Assembly: GCF_963921235.1 (NCBI RefSeq)
Contig: NC_086101.1
Location: 10,170,001 to 10,234,000 of the forward strand
DNA: 64,000 nucleotides
Source of the DNA: Mobula hypostoma
Taxonomy: Eukaryota
Reading direction: 5' to 3'
The notes under the pieces are model-generated. The model had not been told where the DNA came from and ran no database searches. It saw only the letters and a list, made by a program, of their open reading frames with translations. The number at the start of each line of letters is the position of its first letter. Position 1 is the first letter of the stretch. This document shows positions 13,301 to 28,300 of this stretch, one piece after another. The position numbers were made by a program, and so were the translations under genes.

Positions 13301-16300
13301 TTAAAATCCAACAAAAGGCGGATAAAAAAGTGGTAAGAAGGGAAAAAGTTGAAACATGAGAGCAGACTAGCCAATAATATAAAGCAGGATACTAAAAGTT
13401 GTTTTTTTTCCCAGTTATATAAAGAGTAAAGGGGAGTTGAGCGTTGATATTGGACCACTGGAAAATGATGCTGGTGAGTTAGTAATGAGGGACAAAGAAA
13501 TGACAGATGAACTTAATGGGTACTTTGCATCTGTCTTCACTGTGGAAGACACTAGCAGTGTGCCAGTGGTCCATGAGTGTCAGGGAGCAGGAGTGAGTGC
13601 CATTGTTATTAAAAAGGTAAAAGTGCTGGGCAAACTCAACGGTCTTAAGGTTGATAAGACACCTGGACCAGATGGACTACATCCCAGAGTCCAGAGAGAG
13701 GTTGTTGAAGAGATAACAGATGCATTGGTCATGATCTTTCAAGAATCACTTGATTCTGGCATGGTCCTGGAGGACTGAAACATTGCAAATGTCACTCCAC
13801 TCTTTCAGAAGGGAGGAAGGCAAAAGAAAGGAAATTATAGGTCAGTTAGCCTAACCTCAGTGGTTGGAAAAGTGTTGAAGTCCATTGTTAAAGACGAGGC
13901 TTCGGAGTATTTGAAGATTAATGATAAAATATGTCAAAGTCAGCATGGTTTCTGTGAAGGAAAGTCTTGCCTGGCAAATCTGTTTGAGTTCTTCGAGGAA
14001 GTAACAAGCAGGGTGGGTGAAGGAGAGGCAATGGATGACATCTACTTGGATTTTCAGAAGGCATTTGATAAGCTGCCACACATGAGGCTGCTTAACAAGA
14101 TACAATCCTATGGTGGTACAGGAAGGATACTGGCATAGACAGAGGAATGGCCAACAGGCAGGAGGCAGCAAGTAGAGTCAAAGGGGTCTTTTCTGGTTGG
14201 CTGCCAGTGACTAGTGGTGTTAGAAACATAGAAACATATAGCACAATACAGACCCTTTGGCCCACAATGCTGTTCCGAACATGTACTTACTTTAGAAATT
14301 ACCTAGGATTACCAATCTCCCTCTGCTTTTCTAAACTCCATGTACCTATCCAGGAGCCTCTAAAAAGGCCCTATTGTATCTGCCAATAGGGTCTTTTAAG
14401 ACCTATTGTGTTTCTCAGGGGTCAGTATTGGGATCCGCTGCTTTTCCCATTGTTGTTCAATGGTTTGCATAATGAAGTTGATGGATTTGTGGCAAAGTTT
14501 GCAGATGATGATATGAAGATAGGTGGAGGGGTAGGTATTGCTGAGGAAGCAATGTGATTGCAGCAAGACTTCAACCAATTGGAATAATGGACAAAGGAGT
14601 GGCAGAAGTTGGGAAATATATGATGATGCATTTTATTAAAAGGAACAATAGTATCTCAATGGGGGAAAGTTCAAACATCAGTGGTGCACAGGGACTGAGG
14701 AGTCCTCATGCATATAAATAAAGATATGGAACAGTTTAGAGTAGAATATTTTATTGTGAATAAAGTGCATTTTGATAAAATAATTTAACTTGTCGGCAGT
14801 GTCCAGTGTAAGGGAGACAAGGCCTTCCAGTGGAGCCAAGGCGGACATGGGGGGAAAGTCAGAACGTTTTTTTCCAAGAAGGGTGGAGAAATCAAGACCA
14901 CCAAAAATTAATTCTTTTTCCACACTGATTGATAATGTCCTCCACACAAAATGCTGGAGGAACTCAGCAGGCCAGAGTCTCGGTCCAAAACGGTGACTGT
15001 ACTCTTTTTAGTAGATGGTACCTGCCCTGCTGAGTTCCTGCAGCATTTTGTATGTGTTGCTTGGATTTGCAGCATCTGCAGATTTTATCTTGTTTGTCAT
15101 GACATATTACTGCAGTTTGTCTTACTGTTCTCATTCCGACATGCCTGTCCGTGGCTTCCTCTGCTGTCACAGTGGGGCCACTCGCAGGCTGGATTAATAA
15201 CAACTCATTTTCCATCTGGGTAGCCTCCAACCCGATAGTATGAACATTGATTTCTCCAAAGACCGGTTAAGTTCTCCCCACTTCACTTTCTCCCTTTGCC
15301 ATTCCCCATGCTGACTCCCGTCATTCCCCTTCTTCTTACATGCTCATCTGTTGCTCTTTCTGCCATGGTCCAACTATCCTCTCCTCTAAGATTCATCCTT
15401 CTTCAGCCTTTACCTCTTAAATGTATCGTCTCCCAGCATCTTGCTTCATCCCCCCTCACCCAGCCACCTAATCTCACCCATCGCCTGCTCGCCAGTACTC
15501 TTTCACGTCACCCCACCTTCTCATTCGGACTTTTTCGCCCTCCTTTTCCATTCCTGATGATGTGTCTCAGTATAAGATGTTGACTGCTTATACCACTCCG
15601 TAGGTGCTGCCTGACCTGCTGAGTTCCTCCAAAATGTTATGCATGTTGCTCATGTTTTCGAATATCTGCAGAACCTCATATTTATGGTTGTTTTCCTCCT
15701 TTGTCTCTCATATAGGCAGAGAAATATTTACTGGACAAACTTGTAGATTAACTTTCAGGTTAATTTTGATGCATTTAAAGTAGAATTATTTACCAGTTTG
15801 AGCCCATAATCATTTTGAGCAAAGATATATTTTACTTTTCCCCCAAATTAAAGATAATGGTAATTACTTAATTAATATATTATTGAGTGGAAGATATTTG
15901 CTGAAATTGGTCTTGCTTTTATACGTTGCAGGTAAATTCCAAGTTATTGGCCCAGTGCATCCTGTCATAGCCGTCGTGGGTGAAGATGTGAGAATGGACT
16001 GCCAGGTTGTGCCAAGTGAATCGAGTCGCAACATGGCACTTCAGTGGCTTAAAACAGACCTCAACTCTGCAGTTCACGAGTTCAGAAACGGAAGAGATGC
16101 AACTGTCAATCAAGATCCTGGCTACAGAGGAAGGACTGAGCTGTTTAAGGACCAAATAGATAACGGAAATGTGTCCCTTCGAATAAAGAACGTTCGAGTA
16201 GCCGATGAAGGGAAATACATCTGCTCAGTTGATAATGGAATTGATTTTGAAGAAACGTCTATTGTCTTGAAAGTTGCAGGTTAGTGAGCATGTGTAAAAA

Positions 16301-19300
16301 GTGAAAACTCATCTGTACAGATGCAATGAAAAACTTACTGCCATCACAACATCACAGACACACAGCATCGCGTAAGCAGCGTTTGCCAGTAACACGTCAA
16401 TTAAACAAAAATTATCCAAAACTTTTACAAAAAGAATACAACTAGAACAAAATAAATCTCCATTTTTCTGTAAGGTGATCAAAGTGTTCGTAGTATTGCA
16501 AAACTGTGGGATTTGAGTTGTACCTGTAGGTTGTCTAGAGCAGCATGGTAGCATAGTGGTCAGTGCAACGCTACGATCAGAACCGGGTTCAAAGGTTCAA
16601 TTCCTGTGCTGTCTGAAATGAGTTTAGACGTTCTCTCTGTGACCGTGTGGGCTTCCTCCCACATTCCAAAGAAGCACAGGTTAGTGTTAGTGAATTGTGG
16701 GCATACTATGTGCCATAACAATACACTCACTATGTGAGTTGCAAATCATAATCGTCACCCTATTTGAATCAACAGAACACAGTTCACTGCGAGTTTCAAT
16801 GCAGGTATGGCAAATGAAGCTGATCTTTTTTTGTAAATCTAACCTTCTTTCAAGAGCTGAACAGTTAGAAGGAAGTAGTTGTTCCTGAACCTCGTGGTGT
16901 GGACTTCGGGCTTTGGAAGCCGTGAGAAGATGACATTTGTTGTTTTATTGCGGCAGGATGGTGGGAATTTCCGATGATAAGTGCTACCATGTTGTGCAGG
17001 TAGTAATGAGTGAGGGGAGAGATGTGCCAGTGATGCACTGAGCAGAGTGCAGGTCTCTCTGCTGCTTCACCTGTCCCCATGCATTCCAGTTACTGTAGCA
17101 GACTATGGCTCATCCCAAAACAACACAAGCTTGGTTGTGGGGTTGCACATTGCGTCATGGTCTGGTTAAAATAAAGTAATCATTTTATGGTTAAACTAAT
17201 GTATTTTGAAATTTACTCTTCATTCTCTGTTGTAATGAGGTGATTGATGCCCAATCTAGAGGCAAATGGCAAGGTGGGGGATTGCCAGAAGGGACCATGA
17301 CACAAACAGATGTGAATCTTTGTAGTTCCTCACTCACCCAGAGAACTCTGGATATTCTCAGTGCCCACAGATACATGAAGAATCAAAGGATATGAGAATG
17401 AGGATGGGACAAGCAAATGAACATCTATCAATCTCGCTCTATTCTCATCAGCTTTCAGATATTAGCTCAGCATTGGATTTTAATTTTAATTTGTAATATT
17501 TTTATTTTTTAGTATTTATTCAGAAGCACTTATTGATGTGAAACTCGGCAAAGCTGGCGATAGGGGTTTTACATAAGTTGTCAGATTTCAGAGAAATTTG
17601 TCAATAATGTTGTTCCTGTTTCACCCTAATGCTTTGTTGAAGAGAATCATCGCTCAGCTGCACAGATTGTTTCAGGGAGCAAGGACAGCCTTTTGGGTCC
17701 AAACCTGGTAAATTAGAGCAATGGGAAATCAAAGCAGAGAGCATGGGAGTGGATCTAAAATGGCAACCTTGGGGAAAACTTTTCTCATGTTTTAGAATAG
17801 TGGTCACCAACCTTTTTAAGCCCAAGATCCCCTACCTCGACCTTAGTGAAAGGCAAGATTTACATACTAAATCGTTTAGAGAAAAAAACAGCTCAGATTG
17901 TACTTCCAATTTGAGGGGTTTTATTTGGGCTAATTGTATTTGAATTACACAAAATACTTTTGTCAAACTTTCAAATTAATTCAAACAAGAAAACACTGTA
18001 ACTAGCATATCAAACAGGCCATAGCTGTCTTTTTTTAAAGAATATTACAATACCTCACATCTTAAATTCTAAGTTTCATTATTTAATTTTATTTCAACAC
18101 GAAAAATAAATGAATAAAAATTAACTGTTGCACTCAGTGTGATGACTGGGGCTGAATACTTTCTGCTAGTTCCCTGAAACTTGGCTCATAACTACAGACA
18201 GCCAGTCTGAGTCAGTCTGTGAGGTGTCTGTCAGTAAGACAGCTCCTGTACTTAGATTTAATAATTTTCATCTGTGAAAATGCAATTTCACATAGACAAG
18301 TTGACCCGAAGTAGGCACTGACTTTTAGTGCCATAAAACCAACGCATTGCTGGGGCCCCATCAGTAGTAATTGCCACCAGTTTATGAATGGGGATTAGAT
18401 TAGATTAGATTAGATTATGAGGACACTCAGTCCTCGTTTATTGTCATTTAGAAATGCATGCATTAAAAAATGATACAGTGTTCCTCCAGAAACATATCAC
18501 AGAAACACCGGACAAACTAAAACTAAAACTGACAAAACCACATAATTATAACATATAGTTACAACAGTGCAAAGCAATACAGTAACTTGATGAAGAGCAG
18601 ACCATAGGCATGGTAAAAAAAAAGTCTCAAGTCCCAATAGCCCCATCATCTCACGCAGATGGTGGAAGGGAGAAACTCTCCCTGTCATGAACCCCCAAGC
18701 GCCGGAAACTTGCCGATGCATTGGAAGCACCCGACCACAGCCGACTCTGAGCCCATCTGAAAACTTCGAGCCTCCGACCAGCACTCTGGCACTGAGTACC
18801 ATCCACTGCCAAGTGCTTCAACTCCGCCCCAGCTGCTGAGCAACAAGCAAAGCTGAAGAATCGGGGCCTCCCCTCTGGAGATTCAGGATCACACAGTAGC
18901 AGTGGCAGTGAAACAGGCATTTCAGAAGTTTCACCAGATGTTCCTCCATGCTCTCACATCTGTCTCCATCAAATCAGGATTGTGCACGGCACCCTACTTG
19001 ACAGATAACAGATATTATTCACCTGCAAGCTGTGTCCCACCGCCATCTTCGTGATTTCCCCGGATGTCATTTTCAGAGACATATTTTTTAAACTCATTGT
19101 AAATATCCTCATCTCTCGTTCTCTCTTTTAATTGCAAAGGAGTGAGGAAGTCCTCCTTTGTAGTAAAATCCTTGAAAGCCATTCTGACAAATACAACAAG
19201 CTGAGCTGTTTGCATTACATCCAGGGATTCATTGAACTGCAGTGAAAAATATTCACGGAGTGACAAGTCCTTTAACACTTGTCGATCCACGTCCTCTGAC

Positions 19301-22300
19301 AGTGACTCTACACTCCTTGTCACTGTTGCAGGGCCAAGCGGTATATTAAGTATTGCGGTTGTGATGCTGTTTTTGTTTTTAAAGTTATTAAAAACAGTCT
19401 CTGCGGTAATGGCCATTGCCTCCTTGAATAAATCACCATCTGTAAAAGGCTTCTTGTGTTTAGCCAAAAGGTGACTTACACGAAATGATGCTTCAATAGC
19501 AGCCTTATTTTGAGCAGCATGTTTTGTGAAAAATGATTGCTGGGCCTTCAGCCCCGATTTCAGCTCCTCAACTTTCCAGGCACGAATTGCGCTCTTTGGG
19601 AGTTAGGTGTTTTTAAATTTCTGGTGATTATGGTACCGCTCCAGATTCCCTCTTTTAGTCAGTGCTTGTGTTTGGTGGCACATCATACATACACACTTGT
19701 CTTTCACCAAGGTAAATAGAAATTCCTCTTCCCATTCTGGATGGAATTTGTACGTTTTCGCCTTCTCTTGTGGAGCCTCCGCCATGCTATCAGGATATCA
19801 TGAGCGAGTGTCGTATATTGATGTTTGCGACAGTCTGTACTCTTATCTAATCTGATTGGTCACTTTGATGCAGCACAGGCTACGCTGAAAACGTGGTGCA
19901 TGGCGGGGAGCCACACATACGCCCACTGGGCAGAAAGAACAGAACTAAAACTCCGCAACCCGGAACCAATCTCTCTTTACAAACAGCTTTCAGTAGCAAA
20001 AGTATTGCTATATTACCATTATCCTAATCAGTACTACTTACTTTTATAATGCTCACATTACAACAGTATTTGTGTATTTATTTTTGATTTTTTCAGGATC
20101 TACTGGAAAAGCCTCAAAGATCGACCGGTCGATTGCGACTGATGGGTTGGCGACCACTATTTTAGAACATACGACATTACAACACACTAAAGCTCTTTGA
20201 CCCACAATGTTGTGATAACCTTTTAACCTTCTTTGTGACTAATCTAACCCTTCCCTCTCAAATAGCCCTCCATTTTTCTAATATCTACAAGCCTGTCTGA
20301 TAGTCTCTTAAGTGTCCCAAATAGATCTGTCTCTACCCCCATCCTGGCAGAGCATTCTACACATCCACCACTCCCTTAAAAAAAAACAACTACTCCTGAA
20401 TGACATCTCCCCTATACTTTCCTGCTACTTAAAGTTACGCCTTCTTATATCAGCCATCTTAATATTCATTCCAAAACATTTAATAGGCTTGAAAGTTGGC
20501 AAAGCTGAGAGATTTTATTGGTAGTTCTGCGTCAGGTTCACCCTAATACATTGTTGAAGGTACATGCACTACACAGAAAATCACTACTGAGCTTTGATTG
20601 TTTCAAAGTTCAAAGTAAATTTATTACCAAACTACATTTATGATACCAAGTGCTATCCTGAGATTTAGTTTCTTGCGGAGATTCAAAATAAGTAGACAGA
20701 AACAGCAGAATCAAAGAAACCTGCACACAACAAAGACAGACAATCAAAGTGCAAAAGACAACACAATACATAAATAATAAAATAAGTAAAAACAAACAAA
20801 AATAATAGTAATAAATATGTAAGCAATAAATGAGATGAAGAGTCCTTGAAAGTGAATCCAACGGTTGTGGAGCAGTTCAGTGTTGGGGTGAGTGAAGTTG
20901 AGTAAAGTTATCCCTTCTGGTTCTACAGCCTAATGTTTCAGGGGTAATTAATCTTCCTGAACTTGATGGTGTGGATGCTGAGGCTCCTGTTTGGTTCCTC
21001 CTTCCTGATGGCAGCAATGAGAAGAGACAGACAGAAAGAACAATTATTTTGGGTTCAAACTTGGCAAACTAGGGCAGTGAGAAACCACAGCATAGAGTGC
21101 ACAGAGTGGATTGAAACTGACAACATTGTGGTGAACGTTTCTCACGTTTTACACAGTTCATCAGAAATATAATTTCTAAATTTGTCTGTTTATTCTTGCA
21201 GCTTTGGGATACGAGCACTGGATCAACATTGGAGGGTACAGAAAAAATGATATTCAACTTGTCTGTGAATCTAATGGATGGTATCCTAAACCATTGATAC
21301 AATGGATTAGTGGTGATGGAAAGAATTTGACTTTAAAGTCTGAAATAAGTTACAACCAGGATTCCAAAGGCCTGTTCAATGCCCAGAGCAAGATTTTTAT
21401 ATCAAAAGATTCAACCAGCAGGTCCAGGTGTATCTTAGAGAATCAAGTCCTGAAGAAAGGACAAGAAGCAACTATCGAGATAGCAGGTTTGTAAACTACC
21501 AAATGTAGTTAATCACAACTGATTTGCATAGCTAATAAATTGAACAACGAGAGGGAACAAAGTAACTGCACTCCCAAGGTAATCTCACTCTACAAACAGT
21601 CTTGGCTGCCCTTGATGGTTTTGTCTCATGCCTAATGAGGATAGGTTGAGTGAAATAGCGCTTTCCTGTTTGGAGTGAAGGAGGATAAGAGGTGATTTGA
21701 TAGAGTTGTACAAAATGATGAGGCATAGACTGAGTGGATAGCTAGAGACTTTCTCCCAGGGTGGAAGGGGCTAACATGAGTGGGATAATGTTAAGGTGTT
21801 TGAAAAATAAATCATGGGAGGGATTTCAGGGGTAGGTTTCTTTTCTGCAGAGTGTGGTGGGTGCACGGAATGCACTGCCAGGGATGGTGGTAAAGTCAGA
21901 TATAGGCATCTATTAGTCTTGTGAGACCATGGATTTGCGCATTGGAATGTTTCCAGGGCGTAGGCCTGGGCAAGGTTGTATGGAAGACTGGCAGTTGCCC
22001 ATGCTGCAAGACTCCCCTCTCCACACCACCAATGTTGTCCAAGGGAAGGGCATTAGGACCCATACAGCTTGGCACCGGTGTAATCACAGAGCACTGTGTG
22101 GTTAAGTGCCTTGCTCAAGGACACAACATGCTGCCTCAGCCAAGGCTCGAACTAGTGACCTTCAGATCACTAGATGAATGCCTTAACCACTTGGCCATGC
22201 CAAGTCTGTGAAGTCAGATACATCAGGGACATTTAAATGGCTCTTAGATAGGAATGTGGATGAAAGAAAATTGGAGGGCTATATGACAGGGAAGTGTTAG

Positions 22301-25300
22301 ATTGATCTTAGACTACAATAAGGGCTTGGCACCAGATCGTGGGCTGAAGGGCCTGTACTGTGATGTAATGTTCCATGTTCAGTTTTGCACAGGAAGGCTC
22401 TATAAGTAGGTTGGTCCTGGATATCAGCTCTGAGCTGAAATGTGGTATGGTGGGATTTCTTCATTTGGATCTCTCCAGATTATTGAAGAGGGATTGTTCA
22501 CACAAGGACAGTTGCCAGTTGTGTCATTTATAATGTTTCCTGTGTCCATTCCAGACTGACCGGGAATAATCCAGGGGTGATGAGTCCATGAAGAAATTGT
22601 ATGAGTATTTTTAATGAGCTGTTCTCCAATTGGACCAATGAACAGGGAACATGCAATGTAGAGCAGTGCAGTACAGCACAGTACAGGCCCTTCAGCCCAT
22701 ATTGCTGTGCTGACCCCTGAACTCTGTGACTAATTTAACTCTTCCCTCCCACATATCCCTCGACTGTCATATCTCCCAGGAGAATCCAGGACACTGATCA
22801 TCCCTTCTGTAAATGAACTCATTGTGATGTACTGAACTGATTATTTTGTGACTTCCAACACCCACCATTTGATGTTTCTTTACAAACTACTCCTTTGTGT
22901 GATCGTCATAAACTCTTACTCCTTGGTCTAACTACCCCACTGTGCAGCTGGGTGTCAGACTTCCAAATCAACAGACCTTCGATAGTCAGGATGCATAACA
23001 GCAACTCCGGTCCCCATCATCCTCAAGAGGGGTAGCCCCCAGAACTGTGCGCTGACCCCAACACTATACACTCTGCTCACACATGACTGCCCAACCAAAT
23101 ACCCGAACAATCACATTGAGCACCCACGAACCCACCCCTCCACGCCACACTACTTCGTTATTTCCTGTCAGTCACCTTCTGTACGACACTCCTGTGGCTA
23201 GCATCATTTTATGGACATACAATATGTCTTTGCAAATAAGCTATTTTATGTACTCATATGTACTCATATTTACTGTGTTATTGTGTTCTTTATATTTGGA
23301 TTTTTTTTTGTGCTGCATGGGATCCAGAGTAACAGATCAATATCCTTGTGTACTGGAAATGCCATTAAACAATCTTGAATCCTGAATTCTGTGTGGAAAC
23401 AGGCTCCTCTGTCCAACTGCTCCATGCCAACTGAGATGTCAATCTATGCTGGTACCATTTGCCCATGTTTGCCCTTTAAATCCACCTAGTCCATAACAAA
23501 CTGTTATTCTGCATAGTTCCATCAACCTGTACCTAGACCATAGCCCTCCAAACCCTGTCCATCCATGTATTTTTCAAACTTGTCTCAAGTGTTGAAATCA
23601 AACCCACATTCACCGTTTCTTCTGGCAGCTCACACCACCCTGTCAGCTCCTTCTCAAGTTCCCCTCAAATATTTCAATTTTCACCCTTCATCCAGGTCCT
23701 CTAGTTCTAGTCTCACCCAACTTCAGTGGAAAAAGCCAGCTTTTGTTTGTCCTCTCTATACCCCTCATAATTGTGTATATCTTCCTCTTTATTCTCCTGC
23801 GTTCCAGGGCACAAAGTCCTAATCTCTTCAACTTTCACTATAACTCAGGACCTCAATTTCCAGCTGCATCTTTGTAAACTTTCTCTGCACCCATGCAATT
23901 TTATTCATATCTTCCCTTGTAGCTTTAGAAATACAGGGCACTTCCCAAAGTAGCCATGAACTTGCAGCCTTATTTTTTTTCAGTGATACCTGTGGGATAT
24001 TTTCAAGGCAATGTTGTCTAACTGCTGGCATTTGCTTTTCAGATGTTTTCTTCCCAGTTGTCTCGGGCTGGCTGGTGTTCTTGAGTCTGCTCCTCTGTCT
24101 TCTGTTGATAGCACTTGGATTTGGCATTTTTTGGACCATAAAAAGACGCAAATACATGAAAGGTATGGTCTTAGTCTCACACAGCCATTGGGCAACACCA
24201 AGTCAGAATTTAACCCACTTTGTTTTTCATGTTACCAATGAAATTTAAATACACTCAGTGGCTGCTTTATTTGGTACAGGAGTGGAGCCCGGTGTGGTCA
24301 TGTGCTGCTGCAGCCCATCAGTTTCAAAGTTTGGTGTATCATGTGCTCAGAAGTGCTCTTCTGCACACTATTGTTGTAACACGTGGTTATTTGAATTACT
24401 GTCAGCTTGAACAACTCTGGCCATTCTCCTCTGATCTTTCTCCATCACAAGCCTTTATTCCCACTCACTGGATGTTTCTCACATCTTTCTCTGTAAACTC
24501 TCAAGCCTGCTGTGCATGAAAATCCTGGGAGATCAACAGTCTCTGAGATACTCAAACCACACTATCTGTCACCGGCAGTCATTCCACGGTCAAAGTCACT
24601 TCGTTCACAATTCTTCCCCATTCTGATGTTTGGTCTGGACAACAAATGAACCCCTTGACCATGTCTGCATGCCTTCATGCATTCAGCTCCTGTCACCTGA
24701 TTGGCTGATGAGATATTTGCATTAATGACAGGTGTGCAGGTGTACCTAATAAAGTGGCCACATAGTGTGGCTTGAAATAAGTAGGGGAGTGCGCAGAAGT
24801 AGTCTGACACTATTTTGGATCTTTGCAAACCTTGAAATCCGTATATTTTGGGTTGAGGTTGGTTAATGTGGGGTTGGGGTTCCTGTTGGGAGAGGATTCA
24901 AAGACACCCATGTAACAATTGGCTTTGAAGTGTCCACAGGCCCAAATCCATGTCCGTTGGATGCTAGTCCAGGGGTTGAAGGGCTGTGTATGACTGTGGG
25001 AGGAGGGAACGCAGCTTCTCTTGCTGTTTTCTTTGTTGTTCTGCTGAACATTATGGGTCTGATATGTTGTAGCTGGAATGTGTGGCAACACATGAGGGCT
25101 GCCCCCAGCACATCCTTGGGTTGTGTTGGCTGTTAAGACAAATGATGCATTTTGCTGTCTGTTTTGATGTAAACATGATGGACGCCATGGTAATGAGGTG
25201 GTTAGCATAGCACTATTACAGCACGGAGCGTTTCTTCCTTGCTGCCCTCAAATTTACCTGATTCCTTTCCGACACCTCCCTCCCCTTTCCCAATCTCTCT

Positions 25301-28300
25301 GCCTCTATCTCTGGAGACAGCTTATCTACTGATGTCTATTGTAAACTCTCTGACTCCCACTGCTACCTGGACTCTACCTCTTCCCACCCTGTTACTTGTA
25401 AAAATGCCATCCCCTTCTCTCAATTCCTCCATCTCCTCTGCAACTGCTCCCAGGATGAGGCTGTTCATTCCAGAAATAAGGATATGTCCCCCTTTTTCAA
25501 AGAAAGGGGTTCCCTTCCTCCATCGTTAACACTCCCCTCAACCACATCTCTCCATTTCATACACGTCTGCTCTCACCCATCCTTCCGCCACCCCACCAGG
25601 GATAGGGTTCCTCTTGTCCTCACCTACCACTCCACCAGCCTCCACGTCCAGCAGATAATCATCCACCACTTCTGCCATCTCCAGTGGGATCCCACCACCA
25701 ATCACATCTTTCCCTCCCTCCACTTTCTGCTCTCTGCAGGGATTGCTCCCTATGCAGCTCCCTTGTCCATTTGTCACTCCCCACTGATCTCCCTCCTGAC
25801 ACTTATCCTTGCAAGCGGAACAATTGCTATACCTGCCTCTACACCTCCTCCCTCACTAACATTCAGGGACTTAAACAGTCCTTCCTTCACCTGTGAGTCT
25901 ATTGGGTTCATCTACTGTATCCGGTGCTCCTGGTGTGGACTCCTGTATATCGGTTCAAACTGATTGGGAGACGACTTCGCCGAGCACCTATGCTCCATCC
26001 ACCAGAAAAAGCAGGACCTCCCAGTGGACACCCATTTTAATTCTACTTCCCATTCCCACTCCAACATGTCAGTCCATGGCCTCCTTTACTGCCGCAATGA
26101 AGCCACGCATGTCGGAGGAGCAACACCTTATATTCCGTCTGGGTAGCCTCTAACCTGATGGCATGAACATCGACTTCTCTAACTTCCAGTCATACCTCGG
26201 ATCCTCCCTCATCATTCCCCATTCCCATTTCCCTCTCTCTCCTTACCTGCCCATCACCTCCCTCTGGTTTTCCTCACCCTTCACTTTCTTCCATGGCCTT
26301 CTGTCCTCTCCTATCAGATTCTGCCTTCTCCAACCCTTTATCTGTTTCATCAATCAATTTCCCAGCTCTTTACTTCATCCCATCTCTTCTCCTGGTTTCA
26401 CCTCTCACCTACTACCTTGTATTTCTTCCTCCCCTCTCCCACCTTCTTACTCTGACTTCTCATCTTTCTTCTCCCGTCCTGATGAAGCCTCTCAGTCTGA
26501 AATATTGACTGTTTACTTTTTTCCTTCGATGCTGCCTGGCCTGCTGAGTTCCCCCAGCATTTTGTGTGTGTTGCGGACATATTTCACCGTATGTTTCGAC
26601 ATAATGAGATAAATAAATCTGAATCTGAATCCAGTCTGTTTCTGAAATGGCCTAGCAAGCTGCTCAGTTGTACTACATCCAGTGTTAAAGCAAAAGAACG
26701 ACATGAGGAGATATTCCACCCGGTATCAAGGCATGCGCTAAATTCTGACATTGTCAGTTCCAGTCCAGGTGTCCTTGCGAGCATCTGCTTGAGGACATTT
26801 GAGGACAGGTGTTTGTATTTTCAGAGATCCCCCACAAAAGACAGAAAAGCAAATTTAGGCCACTCAGCCCTTCTACCATGCCATCATGTCTAATTTATTA
26901 TTCCTCTCAACCGCTTTCTCCTGCCTTCTCCCAGTAACCTTTGATGTCCTGACTAATCAAGAATCTATCAACCTGTCCTGTAAATATACCCAATGACCAT
27001 CTCTACAACCATCTGTGGCAATGAATTCCACAGAGGCACTACCCCCAGTTAAAGAAATTCCTCCTCATCTCTGTTATATTCTATTTCGAGGCTGAGTCCT
27101 CTCGTCCCAGACCACCACTACTGGAAACATCCAGTCTATCTAGCAATATTTAATAGGTTTCAATAAGATGCCACCTTATTCCTCGAAACACCAGTCAGTA
27201 CAGACCCAGAGGCATCAAACAATCTTCATACATTAACGCTTTCATTCCTGGGATCATTCTCGTGAAAATCCTCTTGACCCTCTTCAATGCCAACACATCT
27301 TTTCTTAGATAAGCAGCTCAAAACGGCTCGCAGTGTTCCCAAGTTGGTGTGACCAATGCTATGTAAAACCTCAGCATTACATCCTTGACTTTATATCCCA
27401 GCGCCTGCCATTGTAAGGTTGGGGTACAATTGCTGCCACTCTCTGTACTCTGTGTACACTCTCTGTACACTCTCCCTGCGACCATACGGAATTCTGCTTT
27501 TTCCCACATTCCAAACATGAGCAGTTAGGGTTAGGGTGAGTGAGTTCTAGGCAAGCTGTGTTAGCACGGCATCACTGGTGGGCTGCCCCCAGCTTTTCAC
27601 AGACTGTATTGGTCATTGGTATAGACAATGTATCTCACTCTGTGTTTTAATGTACATGTGATAAACAAAGCTAATCTTTTACACTGACTAAGGCAGCCCT
27701 TGTATTGTATCTGGAGTTGATTGTTGTTGTCCTGAGGTACTTCCTGTCCTGCTGGCAGATCTGCCCCAACAGTGAGACCGATACTTATGGGAGCAGGTAG
27801 CACTGGGAGTCCTAGCATTGACTACCGATCCCATAATATCCAGTAAACTTGGGTCAACATAGACATGGACATCTCCTCTTAACTACCCCACGGTGACCTT
27901 AGCCAATGGAACCATGTTGCTCAATGTTCAACATTGTATGGAAGAAGCACTGAAAATAGTAATTGTACAAAACAAACCCTGGGTAGAGGACCTCTCCCTT
28001 CAGGAATCGCTTGGCAGCATGATCACTGATCAAAGTGGTCAAGGCACGAAGGACCAGGATGCCATATTAGGATGGTAGCAATTAGCGCAATGCTATTACA
28101 GCTTGGGGCATCAGAGCCCAATCTGGTGTTCTGTGTCCTCCCTGGGGAATGTGTGGGTCTCCTTTGGGTGCTCCAATACCTGTTAATGGATTGATTGGTC
28201 TTTGTAAATTATCCTGTGATTAGACTAGGGTTAAATTGAGGATTGCTGGCAGCACTCCTCGAGGGGCAGGAAGAGCCTATTCTGTGCTGTATCTCTAAGT

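Noticed and set aside
15883..15931. ORF-track N terminus MSGRYLLKLVLLLYVA as the signal peptide
   Set aside because: Starts at TTG and is the polypyrimidine tract of the acceptor. A proper signal exon exists at 10317-10374.
19015..19785. GTF2IRD2/ZBED-like host gene
   Set aside because: Frameshifted, internally deleted, and bounded by TIRs and a TSD, so it is a transposon fossil.
22135..22205. tRNA gene
   Set aside because: It is the head of a TSD-flanked SINE with a degenerate cloverleaf.
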